Shown: positions 9,762 to 19,850, counted from the first letter of the whole stretch. The stretch: DNA of 63,227 nucleotides, filler included, from 5 parts of 5 records of this genome joined end to end with filler, not necessarily neighbours in it; one strand, 5' to 3'. Numbers and translations: made by a program. The notes: a model not told the origin generated them from the sequence alone.

Positions 9762-11129
9762 ATGAATTGTCAAAATCATCATAAATCTTATGATGTCCTG
9801 AAGAAAAGCCTATTAATAATCGGATTTATGCTTTCATTTTCAGGCTATTACGCACAAAATGAGGTGTGGTTCACTAAAAAGGAAATCATTGAGGATATCA
9901 CTACACTCGTTGCTGATATTAAAATAATTCATCCAAATCCCTTTCATTCAATACAAAAATCAACTTTTGAGAAAGAAATAAAAAAAATCAAATCTGAAAT
10001 TCCTGACTCTAATACAAAAATCGATGCATGGAAAAAATATTACAAAATACTAGCATCTCTTAAAGAGGGGCATTGTTATTTTTTACCTCCACTACAAGAA
10101 ATAGGTAGCTTTCAAAAATTCCCTTATACAATAAAAATTGATGCATTATCAAATAGTTTTATTGTTAAAAGTTCATTGGAAGAATCAAATCCCAATATAA
10201 TTGGGAAAAGAATTATTTCGATTAATGGTATTTCTTCAGATAGTCTTATTTCTATTTTTAAGGAAAGTACTTCTGCTGAAAATGAAGCGCTATTTCTTTA
10301 TATGAATGAAACGCATTTTGATATCTCAATTTATGCTATTTTCGGCTCTCGTGAATATTTTGAGGTAGAGTTTATCAATAATGGTAAAGTTGAAAAAGTA
10401 AATTGCAAAAGCATCAAACATCTGCCTGAAAAGAAGAAACCAAATTATACATTCGAAATAGTTGATGAAAAAATAGGTTTAATCGATATGAATAGATTGA
10501 ACTCGTATACTCAGTTTAAAAAGTTCTGCAAAACCACATTCAAATCGCTAAGAAAAAAAGAAATAAGTAAATTAATAATTGATTTCAGAGGTAATGGTGG
10601 TGGTGACTCAAAAATAGGTGATGAACTCATTAAATATATTGCAGATAAGCCATTTATACAATATCAAAAAGCAATTGCTAAAGTAAGTGCCATTTCGAGA
10701 AAAGAATTTAAATATCCTTTTAAAAGTGACACTTTGATAGTTAAAGAACTAGCAGGCTCAGAAAAACATCTGATTAAACCTTACCCTGAAAATAAAAGAT
10801 TCTCCGGTAATGTCTTTGTTCTAATTGATGGAGGTACATTTTCAAGTGCTGGCTCAACAGTTTGGTGCATAGATCATTACAATCTGGCAACTATAATCGG
10901 CTCCGAAACAGGAGGAACAGGAATCCATTATGGATATCCAATCAAAAGGCAACTTCCTAATACAGGGTTAACCTATTTTATATCCCATATGAAATGGTAT
11001 CAAATCGGGGCAGATGAAAATTCATATCATGGATTATACCCAGAATATAAAATAAATACAACGATTGAGGATATAATAAACCATAGAGATGCCACACTTG
11101 ATTTTACATTTAAAATGATTGGGCTTTAA
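9762..11129 (+). CDS. S41-family peptidase
   Basis: LIIDFRGNGGGDS, VLIDGGTFSSAG, IGSETGG; signal peptide. Confidence 0.85.
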   Translation: MNCQNHHKSYDVLKKSLLIIGFMLSFSGYYAQNEVWFTKKEIIEDITTLVADIKIIHPNPFHSIQKSTFEKEIKKIKSEIPDSNTKIDAWKKYYKILASLKEGHCYFLPPLQEIGSFQKFPYTIKIDALSNSFIVKSSLEESNPNIIGKRIISINGISSDSLISIFKESTSAENEALFLYMNETHFDISIYAIFGSREYFEVEFINNGKVEKVNCKSIKHLPEKKKPNYTFEIVDEKIGLIDMNRLNSYTQFKKFCKTTFKSLRKKEISKLIIDFRGNGGGDSKIGDELIKYIADKPFIQYQKAIAKVSAISRKEFKYPFKSDTLIVKELAGSEKHLIKPYPENKRFSGNVFVLIDGGTFSSAGSTVWCIDHYNLATIIGSETGGTGIHYGYPIKRQLPNTGLTYFISHMKWYQIGADENSYHGLYPEYKINTTIEDIINHRDATLDFTFKMIGL

Positions 11130-11285
11130 TCCAACACCCTATAAATAAGCTATATAAACAAATCCAACACTAAACAATATTAATACTCTCCTACTCTTAA
11201 CAGTTCTAATAATCGAACTTTTATAGTTTAAACTTTTTAATATTTTTATGGTTTGATAATGTAATTTTCAATTAATAGCTTACAC

Positions 11286-12134
11286 ATGAAACTAAAACTT
11301 AGAAGGCTGGTCAACAATAAGTATTTCGAATACTTTATTATTCTTATCATTCTTATTAACTCCACACTTATTGGAGTTGAAACCTATTTCACCAACCATT
11401 TCATTCATGTGTCACATGTTATAGCGCTGGCTATTTTTACAATTGAAATTGTAATGCGTTGGTTAGCGCGAGTGAGTATCAAAGAGTTTTTCAAAAGCGG
11501 CTGGAATATTTTTGACTTATCTATTGTACTAATTGGATACATTCCCGAAGCTTGGTTTAGTGATGCCGAAGCAATTGTGGCTATTCGAGTTTTACGTGTG
11601 TTCAGAGTGCTACGTCTAATAAGGGCTGCTCCTGAGATAAAGTTAATTATCTCTGTACTTACGCGATCGCTTTCCGCACTGACTTATAACGCTATATTTT
11701 TCTTTATTTTCTTATATCTTTTTGCAATAATTGGAACTACCTTATTCAAGCTTCCTGAGGCCAATACAGCAGATCCAGAGACGCTTGCTAAAATTGAGCA
11801 ATTCAATGAAAAGGTAACTAGAGCGCCTGAAATATCACCTGATCCATATGGAACGCTGGATGAAACCTTTTTTACACTATTTCGCATACTGACTGGAGAA
11901 GACTGGACAGACTTGCGTTATAATTTAACTGTAGCAAGCAAATTGGAGCTCATACCTGTTTCAGAGACTGTGATTACAGCCTTTCATGTAGTTTGGTTTA
12001 TTCTCAGCGCATTCCTCATGCTTAACCTTTTGGTCGGTGCCATCCTGAATAACTATCAGGTAATCATGGACGAAGAACGTCAACGACAAAAGGAACGACA
12101 GCAACGTAAAGAGGAACGTTTGAAATCTGAGTAA
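11286..12134 (+). CDS. Single-domain voltage-gated cation channel (BacNav/Cav-like ion transporter)
   Basis: Six TM segments, GWNIFD S3, S4 IRVLRVFRVLRLIR, P-loop FRILTGEDWTD, S6 LNLLVGAILNN, charged C-terminal tail. Confidence 0.92.
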   Translation: MKLKLRRLVNNKYFEYFIILIILINSTLIGVETYFTNHFIHVSHVIALAIFTIEIVMRWLARVSIKEFFKSGWNIFDLSIVLIGYIPEAWFSDAEAIVAIRVLRVFRVLRLIRAAPEIKLIISVLTRSLSALTYNAIFFFIFLYLFAIIGTTLFKLPEANTADPETLAKIEQFNEKVTRAPEISPDPYGTLDETFFTLFRILTGEDWTDLRYNLTVASKLELIPVSETVITAFHVVWFILSAFLMLNLLVGAILNNYQVIMDEERQRQKERQQRKEERLKSE

Positions 12135-12188
12135 TAGTTAATACGCAATAAACCTTAAGCCCAAGTCTGATCAAAGCACTAAGATTTG

Positions 12189-12196
12189 TATATTTG
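12189..12196 (+). promoter_or_regulatory. Bacteroidota -7 promoter element
   Basis: TATATTTG upstream of ATG 12212. Confidence 0.5.
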
Positions 12197-12211
12197 AGCA
12201 AACATCAAGAC

Positions 12212-13039
12212 ATGAAAAACTCGAATATCAAAATATACCAATCTGAAGACGGCAAAACTGAGATTACCGTGCAGTTAGATAAAGATACAGTTTGGTTAAA
12301 TTTAAATCAGCTCGTCGAATTATTTGAAAGGGACAAGTCTGTAATTTCGAGGCACATAAACAACATATTTAAAGAAAATGAATTATCAAAAAATGCAACT
12401 GTTGCAAAATATGCAACAGTTCAAAATGAAGGTGGTCGTAGAGTTAATAGGGAAATAGAATATTTCAATCTCGACATCATTATTTCAGTTGGCTATCGAA
12501 TTAAATCACAAAGAGGAACCCAATTTCGAATATGGGCTAATAATGTTTTAAAAGAATATCTCATTAAGGGATATGCATTAAATGAGTTACGTCTTTCTCA
12601 ACAAAATGACAAACTTAAAGAATTACAAAAATCAGTTAAACTTCTTGGTCAAGTATTAAATTATAAAGCTTTATCAAATGATGAAAGTAACGGATTACTT
12701 AAAATTATTTCTGATTATGCTTATGCTCTTGACATCTTAGACCAATATGATTATCAAAAGCTTGAGATTAACTATACCAATGAAAAATCTATTTATCAAC
12801 TTACTTATGAAGAAGCTATTACACAAATCAAAATAGCAAAAAAGGCACATGGTAATAGTGATTTATTTGGACGAGAAAAGGATCAATCTTTTAAAAGCTC
12901 AATTTCTACAATATATCAAACCTTTGAAGGCAAGGATTTGTATCCAAGTATAGAAGAAAAAGCAGCAAACTTATTATACCTAGTCACAAAAAATCATTCA
13001 TTTTCAGACGGAAATAAAAGAATTGCTGCATTTTTGTTT
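12212..13039 (+). CDS. RhuM-family protein fused to Fic/Doc domain (3' truncated)
   Basis: DTVWLNLNQLVELF, NLDIIISVGYRIKSQRGTQFRIWA (RhuM); HSFSDGNKRIA Fic motif; runs into the spacer. Confidence 0.9.
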
Positions 13040-13139
13040 NNNNNNNNNNNNNNNNNNNNNNNNNNNNNNNNNNNNNNNNNNNNTTAATTAATTAANNNNN
13101 NNNNNNNNNNNNNNNNNNNNNNNNNNNNNNNNNNNNNNN
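13040..13139. other. Artificial contig spacer
   Basis: N44-TTAATTAATTAA-N44; stops in all six frames. Confidence 0.98.
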
Positions 13140-13169
13140 CAGAATGTGGATGTGAAGGCGATGTTTTAG
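13140..13169 (+). CDS. 3' end of a probable LemA-family gene
   Basis: Reads QNVDVKAMF*, like LemA C-termini; LemA is commonly next to DUF3137. Only 9 codons visible. Confidence 0.5.
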   Translation, partial: QNVDVKAMF

Positions 13170-13176
13170 AAGGGGT

Positions 13177-13325
13177 ATGGCTTTTGGCAAAGCTCTTTTC
13201 GAACCGTGCATTTTTAAACCGGCAACAACTTTCGAAGAGGTAGAGAAACTGACAACTTGTTTATGTTGAATGCCGAAATAATTAAGGAACTGAATTTAAA
13301 CACCCGAATTTGGACAAAGCAATAA
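13177..13325 (+). pseudogene. Frameshifted C-terminal remnant of a DUF3137 paralog
   Basis: FGKALFEPCIFKPATTFEEVEKL / NLFMLNAEIIKELNLNTRIWTKQ* aligns with the end of 13374-14333 (FKRNLFEPNIK...SIVKEMNLNTRIWTKA*). Confidence 0.8.
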
Positions 13326-13373
13326 TATTCAAATGGCTTTATCTGAATATCAATCATACAAGAAATAAAGAAA

Positions 13374-14333
13374 ATGTACTCGATAGAAGAACTTAAAAAC
13401 CTTTACGAAGCTGAACTGAAACCGCAATTGGCAGACATGGAAAAAATGCGGAAGTTTGTTCGCCGGTTTAGAACCCTTGCCATTGTTGCACTAACTTTAG
13501 CTTTCCTGTTTTTGTTCAGCGATTACACTTTGTTGCAGATTTTGGGCGGAGCTAGTTTTTTTATCGCTGCAATTTATTGTGGCGTTAAGGCTTTGGGCAC
13601 TTACAATAAATACCACAAGCAGTTTAAAACCACGGTGGTTCGCAAAGTTATTCAACTCATTAATCCGACATACAAGTACAATCCTGCAAAACACGTCGAG
13701 GTGTACGAATACAACAAGGCTTCTATTTTTAAACGCAAAGCCGAGCGTTGTATCGGAGACGATCTGGTATTCGGTAAAATTGATAAAACACCTTTTAAGT
13801 TTTCAGAAGTGAAGACACAATATAAAACCTGGCGAACCGACGATAATGGAAAAAGGCAGACCGAATGGAACGATATTTTTCGCGGACTCTTCTTTTTTGC
13901 TGAGTTTAATAAACACATTGAAGGGCAGACCTTTGTTTTTCCTGAAAAAGATAAAAAACTGACCAATATTTTTGGAAAAGAAAAGGGCGAAAGCAGGCAT
14001 TATGGCGAATTGGTGAAACTTGAAAACCCGGAATTTGAACAAATATTTTCGGTTTACGGGAGCAGCCAGCAAGAAGCCCGGTACATTCTTAGCCCGGTAG
14101 TGATGGAGGCCATTGTGAATATTTACAAGCGTTACGACTTAAAAATGTTCTTCTCGTTTAAAGGCGCTTATGTATTCTGTGCCATTCCTTTTAAACGCAA
14201 TCTGTTCGAACCCAACATTAAACGATCGGGCGTAAACTTTCGCGATGTAGAAGAAATGTACGTGCTGTTTAGCCTGATTGAAAGCATTGTAAAAGAAATG
14301 AATTTGAATACCCGGATCTGGACCAAAGCATAG
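13374..14333 (+). CDS. DUF3137 domain membrane protein
   Basis: Two N-terminal TMs, IFRGLFF, VKLENPEFEQIFSVYGSSQQEARYILSP, LNTRIW. Confidence 0.85.
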   Translation: MYSIEELKNLYEAELKPQLADMEKMRKFVRRFRTLAIVALTLAFLFLFSDYTLLQILGGASFFIAAIYCGVKALGTYNKYHKQFKTTVVRKVIQLINPTYKYNPAKHVEVYEYNKASIFKRKAERCIGDDLVFGKIDKTPFKFSEVKTQYKTWRTDDNGKRQTEWNDIFRGLFFFAEFNKHIEGQTFVFPEKDKKLTNIFGKEKGESRHYGELVKLENPEFEQIFSVYGSSQQEARYILSPVVMEAIVNIYKRYDLKMFFSFKGAYVFCAIPFKRNLFEPNIKRSGVNFRDVEEMYVLFSLIESIVKEMNLNTRIWTKA

Positions 14334-14411
14334 CCTTAAAATCACAACATTCAATAAAACAAACAGTTAATCAACGAAAACTCAATTTCAATCACCCAAC
14401 AAAAACAAAAA

Positions 14412-15032
14412 ATGAAAAAACTTATTTACTTCAGTATCATTGCTCTTTTTACGGGCGCTTGTACAAGCAGTAGTTTAACAACTTCTTCAAATCAAAATGA
14501 ACCCGAAAGCGCAAAAACATCTGCTATTCCTGTTCCCGAGGGAATGGCATTTGAAAAAAGAACAAATTATAACTCTGCCCTGGCAAGTATAAATATGCCT
14601 GTTTCTGGTAGCGAGTTCAATAGCAAAAAAGCGGATACACCCGAAGGCGGAACTTCGTATTATTTCACAAAAAATATCGTAAACATTTATCCGAGTCTAG
14701 ACGATTTTGAAGGTACGCTTGATGAGCAAATTGAAAAGGCAAAAAAGCCAACCCGTTTTGGGCCACGAGTGGGAAGAATTAAATCATCATCGGTAATTGC
14801 AATCGATAAAAAAACGATTAGCGATAAAGAAGTTGCACGCATTGATATTAGCGATATTAAGGACGTTGGTTATGGTTCTTTAAACTTCGGTTACCTGGTG
14901 CAAAACGGCAAAACGGCAACTTTAATCATGATAAAAGACATCTACATTACGCCTGAAGTGGATATAACTGCCTATCGGAAAAGTTTAGACGAGGCTTTTG
15001 TTTATATGATTAAAACGCTTGAATTTAACTAG
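14412..15032 (+). CDS. Hypothetical lipoprotein
   Basis: MKKLIYFSIIALFTGA/C lipobox followed by a Ser/Thr-rich tether. Confidence 0.7.
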   Translation: MKKLIYFSIIALFTGACTSSSLTTSSNQNEPESAKTSAIPVPEGMAFEKRTNYNSALASINMPVSGSEFNSKKADTPEGGTSYYFTKNIVNIYPSLDDFEGTLDEQIEKAKKPTRFGPRVGRIKSSSVIAIDKKTISDKEVARIDISDIKDVGYGSLNFGYLVQNGKTATLIMIKDIYITPEVDITAYRKSLDEAFVYMIKTLEFN

Positions 15033-15034
15033 CC

Positions 15035-15706
15035 ATGCGAATAATTGTGGTAATTAGTATGGTTTGGGGATGGGCTTTAAATGCTTCGTCTCAAAGCTGC
15101 GAAAACAAAACGGCCCTGGTAGCTACATTGAGTGCGGTAACAGCAAAGCCTCAGGTTTTTCAATCCGATAACTACTTGTACATCATCCACCCGATGATAA
15201 AAAAGGAAGATCGGGAACGGGAATGTAAAGTAGTTGGAAATTTGAAATGGGAAGGCGATTCATGCCAAATTGTTTATATTTCCTACGAACAAACCAAAGG
15301 ACCAAAATCGAAATCCACCATTGAGTTGGGCAAGTCTTATCGTTTTGCATACCCCATACACACGCTTAAAACATTTTTGGACAAACATGAATTTGAGGGC
15401 TGGGAATACGCTGAAAATCTGAAACTGGATGAAGAACAGTTTAAAGGCTACAAGAGTACCGTGAAAGTGGATGGTGTGGATAAGGATTTTCAGATTTACC
15501 TGAAAGACAATCAGCTTTATGCTGCTTCTTGTGGTTTTGCAAAAGCAGGTATTTCGCATGCTACAGAGATGAACGAATCGGCCGATTTTTGGTATTTCTC
15601 GAATAACAATGAGAAACTAAAGCTGGCTAAAAAATATACCATCGAGGCTTCCAAAAACAACGGTGTTCCCATTCTCAATAAAATAACGGCAACATATATT
15701 TATTAA
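15035..15706 (+). CDS. Hypothetical exported protein
   Basis: Signal peptide ending ASS/Q; 2-bp gap to upstream gene. Confidence 0.65.
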   Translation: MRIIVVISMVWGWALNASSQSCENKTALVATLSAVTAKPQVFQSDNYLYIIHPMIKKEDRERECKVVGNLKWEGDSCQIVYISYEQTKGPKSKSTIELGKSYRFAYPIHTLKTFLDKHEFEGWEYAENLKLDEEQFKGYKSTVKVDGVDKDFQIYLKDNQLYAASCGFAKAGISHATEMNESADFWYFSNNNEKLKLAKKYTIEASKNNGVPILNKITATYIY

Positions 15707-15718
15707 ACCCACAGAACA

Positions 15719-16237
15719 ATGAAAAAACTACTATTTATTTTAGGAATTTTAATCAGCTTCTCGGCTTATAGTCAGTTAAGTGAAAAAGAAAGCAAAGCGC
15801 TTGATGCACTTATTGCCAGTAAGGTTGAGCTTGAAGCAGATGTGATTAAATCATCGGTACTGGGCACGCTTTTCGAAAGCAAGTTTTATAAACTAAAACG
15901 CACACCACATTATAAAGCAAACGGCGGTTTTAGCGAAACCATTCTGTGTAAAACAAATGGCGAAATGCTTGAAGTTACCAATGCTGAGATGCTTGTGCCC
16001 CAACTAAAAAAGGATTTTCTGTTGAAAAACGAAACGGAAGCAAAAAAGCTAAAGGAGGCCTTGCGACTTTTAATACCCGATGGTGGCATGGGAAGTGAAG
16101 ATGAAATCGTTCAGCAAGATTTGAAATGGATTTTAGTTTGCGAAGAGTGGTTTGGCGACAAAAAAGGCTTTGTGGTAAATACCGCTGAAGATGGCGCTGT
16201 GCTTAAAATTGAATACTCAAGCAAACTGGAAATCTAA
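15719..16237 (+). CDS. Hypothetical exported protein, standalone FGDKKGF domain
   Basis: Signal peptide ending AYS/Q; similar along its length to the C-terminal part of 16327-17727. Confidence 0.7.
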   Translation: MKKLLFILGILISFSAYSQLSEKESKALDALIASKVELEADVIKSSVLGTLFESKFYKLKRTPHYKANGGFSETILCKTNGEMLEVTNAEMLVPQLKKDFLLKNETEAKKLKEALRLLIPDGGMGSEDEIVQQDLKWILVCEEWFGDKKGFVVNTAEDGAVLKIEYSSKLEI

Positions 16238-16326
16238 ACCGTGAACGGTCATAATAGAAGTGTTACAAATCTGGACTCTAAAATCTAGTATCTAAATGCT
16301 GATTTAATGTATTAAATATCCAAAAA

Positions 16327-17727
16327 ATGAAAAAATTATACACCGTATTGTTGGCATTGTGTTGTTTTAATTTTGCCAATACACAAACAAATTATCCAAT
16401 TCTTACGCTGGAAGAAATTGGAGCTGCAACCATAGTTGAAGATGAAGTAATAATGGTTGTTGTTGAAAACCTTGGTGAAGTGCCTAATCTGGCATTTTAC
16501 GACCTGGAGAAAAAAGAAGTGATGCAGAAATTTTCGGCAAAATTACCCGAGAATCCCATTGCTCACATTGTTCCGTGCGACGATGGCTTGCTCTATTTAA
16601 TTTCCATTAAAAAGAACCCTGAGCAGGGACCGCCACTGTTCGACGCCATTTATTCGTTCGACTATAAAACGGATAAAACAAACAAGCTTTACACTGAAGA
16701 AGAAAAAGTTTATGTTCCGAAAATTGCAGCTGCTGTTCATACAAAGCTGGTGTTTAGTTCAGGTGTTTTCCGAAAACAACCCCGCCTGTTTAATGTTGAA
16801 ACTGCCAAATTCGAACCCTTTTCTGATGATGAAAACATGCGTATGCTGTGTGCCTCGGATAGCCACAATTCTTACGTGGTTTTTAAAACAAATGAGATGA
16901 AAGATGATGATACCGTGCCGGTTTATGTTATGGATAAAAAAGGGAACTTAAGCGAAGAGGTTGGCATTTACGATTCGCGAATGGTGGCATCGAGCAATAA
17001 AGAGGAAAATCGCATGCCCGGCTTTACCATAACCAACCCAGGCTACAATTGGGTTGAAGCTGCGCACGACATAAGTGGATTTCCACTTTCTGGATTTGCC
17101 ATTGCCATGCACCCCGGGTTGGCCGAAAAATATGGTAAAACCTCAAATTTGTACGACACAAAAGAAATATGTGCAGCCAACGCAAACTACATGGCTGCCA
17201 AGGGGAAAGGCCAGTTTTGGGTGTACAACATCGCAACACCTACCACCGAAAAACCAAAAACAGTGAGCGATGAAGACATGAAAGCCATTCAGGCTTTTGT
17301 AGATGCGCAAACCGAGTACGTAAAAACCGGAATTCAATCAGCTGCTTTAGCTCAGGTATTCGATGCCCGGTTTTATTCGCTTACCGAAAAAATAAAAGTG
17401 GGCGATTTTGGCTATAGCGAGTATCCTTTTATTGCTTTCAAGCACAAGCAGCAGTACGATGTGCTCGTGGAAAGATCCATGTTGACAAAACTTATAAAAC
17501 CAAATTTTACACTCGGGAATGAGCAGAATGCTGCCACTTTTCAAGATGCTTTAAATGCGCTGTACCCTCCCGGAACATTTGATAAAAAGCACATTCAGTG
17601 CTATAAAAGTGAAAATTGCTGGTGTTTTGTACGCGCCGAATCGTTTGGCGATAAAAAAGGCTTTGCAGTGCATGTTGATAGCCAAAACAAGGTGCAAAAT
17701 ATAGAATTCAAGAATAAACTCAATTAA
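16327..17727 (+). CDS. Hypothetical exported protein, beta-rich N-terminus plus FGDKKGF domain
   Basis: Signal peptide ending ANT/Q; C-terminal RAESFGDKKGFAVHV. Confidence 0.7.
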   Translation: MKKLYTVLLALCCFNFANTQTNYPILTLEEIGAATIVEDEVIMVVVENLGEVPNLAFYDLEKKEVMQKFSAKLPENPIAHIVPCDDGLLYLISIKKNPEQGPPLFDAIYSFDYKTDKTNKLYTEEEKVYVPKIAAAVHTKLVFSSGVFRKQPRLFNVETAKFEPFSDDENMRMLCASDSHNSYVVFKTNEMKDDDTVPVYVMDKKGNLSEEVGIYDSRMVASSNKEENRMPGFTITNPGYNWVEAAHDISGFPLSGFAIAMHPGLAEKYGKTSNLYDTKEICAANANYMAAKGKGQFWVYNIATPTTEKPKTVSDEDMKAIQAFVDAQTEYVKTGIQSAALAQVFDARFYSLTEKIKVGDFGYSEYPFIAFKHKQQYDVLVERSMLTKLIKPNFTLGNEQNAATFQDALNALYPPGTFDKKHIQCYKSENCWCFVRAESFGDKKGFAVHVDSQNKVQNIEFKNKLN

Positions 17728-17747
17728 CAAATATTAAAATCAACAAA

Positions 17748-18803
17748 ATGAAAAATGTATTAATTATTGTACTTGCAGTTTTTAGCCTGAATATTCAGGC
17801 TCAAGAAGCAAAAACCTACGCCATTAAGTCGGGGTACATAAAATATCAGTTGGCAGGTAGCACCAAAGGAACCAAAGAGCTTTGGTGGGATAATTACGGC
17901 ACCAAAACCTGTGAAATTGAGAAGTCGACAACCACAACAAAAATGTTTGGTATTAAAAACACCGAAGAAAAGAATATGTGTACGGTTATAGTAAAAGATA
18001 AATTCTGGGTGGCTGATTATTTGGACAATTCAGGATCAAACGGAACGGTGCCTTATTACAACGAAGGTCAGGAGTTTGCCAGTGGAATGACCGAAAAAGA
18101 GCAACAAGAGTTTGCCGATGAAGTTTTGGCCGGCATGGGAGGCAAAAAATTGGGTACTGAAACTTTAAACGGTTACAAATGCGACATTATAAAAATGATG
18201 GGAATAAAGTCGTGGATTCACAAAGGTTTGGTGTTAAAAGTTGAAGGTAAAATAATGGGCGTTGTAAGCGACGAAATGTTTAGTGAGTTTAAACCCAATT
18301 CCAGTGTTCCGGCTTCAAAATTTAATCCGCCAAGTGGAGTTGAATACGAAAACTTATCGCAGCAAGCAGCAGCACAGGATTTTATGGGTGCATTTGAAGG
18401 AATGGATGATTTTGAAGAAGAAGAGGAAGAGGACGAGATTACACCGGTAGATTATTCGTTTGAAAAATTTTCGAAAATTGTAAAGGCTTGTGATATCGAG
18501 GGCTATCGTTGCGCAAATGTTCAAACCCTGGATGGTATGCACATGGCCACATTTATGAACGGATTAAAACGCGTAATGGTAATGGCACAATCCGACGAAA
18601 ATATGGAAGACGACGAGGAAATCGGTGCTTTTGAATCGTTTCGTCATAACGGGCACAGTTGCCATTTTGGTGTGATGGAAGAAGACAATGGAACAGCTTT
18701 AATTGTTGAATATCCTTCGGATGATATGATAGTTACCGTTTTTGCAATGCCGCAAAAAAGCAAAGATGAATTGTTGAAATTTGAGGAAAAGCTTCAGTTT
18801 TAA
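17748..18803 (+). CDS. Exported two-domain protein, N-terminal part DUF4412-like
   Basis: Signal peptide ending IQA/Q; KKLGTETLNGYKCD and VPASKFNPPSG; poly-Glu linker. Confidence 0.55.
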   Translation: MKNVLIIVLAVFSLNIQAQEAKTYAIKSGYIKYQLAGSTKGTKELWWDNYGTKTCEIEKSTTTTKMFGIKNTEEKNMCTVIVKDKFWVADYLDNSGSNGTVPYYNEGQEFASGMTEKEQQEFADEVLAGMGGKKLGTETLNGYKCDIIKMMGIKSWIHKGLVLKVEGKIMGVVSDEMFSEFKPNSSVPASKFNPPSGVEYENLSQQAAAQDFMGAFEGMDDFEEEEEEDEITPVDYSFEKFSKIVKACDIEGYRCANVQTLDGMHMATFMNGLKRVMVMAQSDENMEDDEEIGAFESFRHNGHSCHFGVMEEDNGTALIVEYPSDDMIVTVFAMPQKSKDELLKFEEKLQF

Positions 18804-18828
18804 GTAGCTGAAGCAGGTAGTTTGGTTT

Positions 18829-18866
18829 CCCTGTCTGATCTTGAATGAGATTGGGCAGGGTTTTTT
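18829..18866 (+). terminator. Rho-independent terminator
   Basis: CCCTGTCTGATCT...AGATTGGGCAGGG stem followed by T6, just after the operon end. Confidence 0.75.
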
Positions 18867-18965
18867 ATATATTATTTTTTGACAAGAGCTTAAAACAATC
18901 ATAACAAACTTTTGTTTTAATTTTCTTATTTTGAGGAATATTTAGTTAATAAACAAAAGACAAAC

Positions 18966-19829
18966 ATGAAAAAGCTACTTACTTTGTTACTGCTATTGCC
19001 TTTGATAGCATTTACACAGGAGGAAAAAAAAGACACACTTTGGACCACATCAGGAAACACGACTCTTAACTTTTCGCAGGTTGCCTTAAGCAACTGGGCA
19101 GCAGGGGGTAAAAGTTCCATGTCGGGAGTTTTTATGGTGAATTATTCGGCCAATTACAAGAAAGACAAATTCAGTTGGGATAATACTTTTGATTTTCGTT
19201 ATGGTTTTTTGAAAGAAGACGATGAAGATTTGCGCAAGTCGGATGACAAAATCGACATTAGCTCGAAGCTGGGTTACCAAAACGGAGGCAATTGGCATTA
19301 TTCGGCTTTACTAAATTTTAAATCGCAATTTGCACCGGGCTACAATTATCCAGATACCGATAATCCAATCTCAAAATTTTTGGCTCCCGGTTATTTAAAT
19401 GTAGGTTTAGGTATGGACTACAAAGTAGAAAAGCTCTCTGTTTTTCTTTCGCCGGCATCGGGTAAATTTACTTTTGTTACCGACGATAAACTGTCGGAAG
19501 AAGGTGCATTTGGTGTTGACCCTGGCAAAAAAATGCGGAGCGAATTTGGTGCCCTGGCAAAGATTGCCCTGAAAACCGACATCATGAAAAATGTTACTTT
19601 TGATTCAAAGCTCGATCTATTTTCAAGTTATTTTCATGATCCACAGAACATTGACATCGACTGGACCGTGAAAATAATTATGAAAGTAAATGATTACCTG
19701 TCGGCCAACCTCATTACACAAATGATTTACGACGATGATGTTCTTATTTTAAATCCGGACACAGGTAGCGAAGTGCCGCGTTTACAGTTTATGGAATCGT
19801 TTGGGGTAGGGCTTACCTTCAAGTTTTAA
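18966..19829 (+). CDS. DUF3078 outer-membrane protein
   Basis: LNFSQVALSNWAAGG, RKSDDKI, FKSQFAPGY, FLAPGY; terminal Phe. Confidence 0.88.
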   Translation: MKKLLTLLLLLPLIAFTQEEKKDTLWTTSGNTTLNFSQVALSNWAAGGKSSMSGVFMVNYSANYKKDKFSWDNTFDFRYGFLKEDDEDLRKSDDKIDISSKLGYQNGGNWHYSALLNFKSQFAPGYNYPDTDNPISKFLAPGYLNVGLGMDYKVEKLSVFLSPASGKFTFVTDDKLSEEGAFGVDPGKKMRSEFGALAKIALKTDIMKNVTFDSKLDLFSSYFHDPQNIDIDWTVKIIMKVNDYLSANLITQMIYDDDVLILNPDTGSEVPRLQFMESFGVGLTFKF

Positions 19830-19850
19830 CGAATTTATAACGCATATTTT

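Noticed and set aside
12388-12425. Repeat ATGCAACTGTTGCAAAATATGCAACAGTT
   Set aside because: Encodes the usual ATVAKYATVQ segment of RhuM proteins
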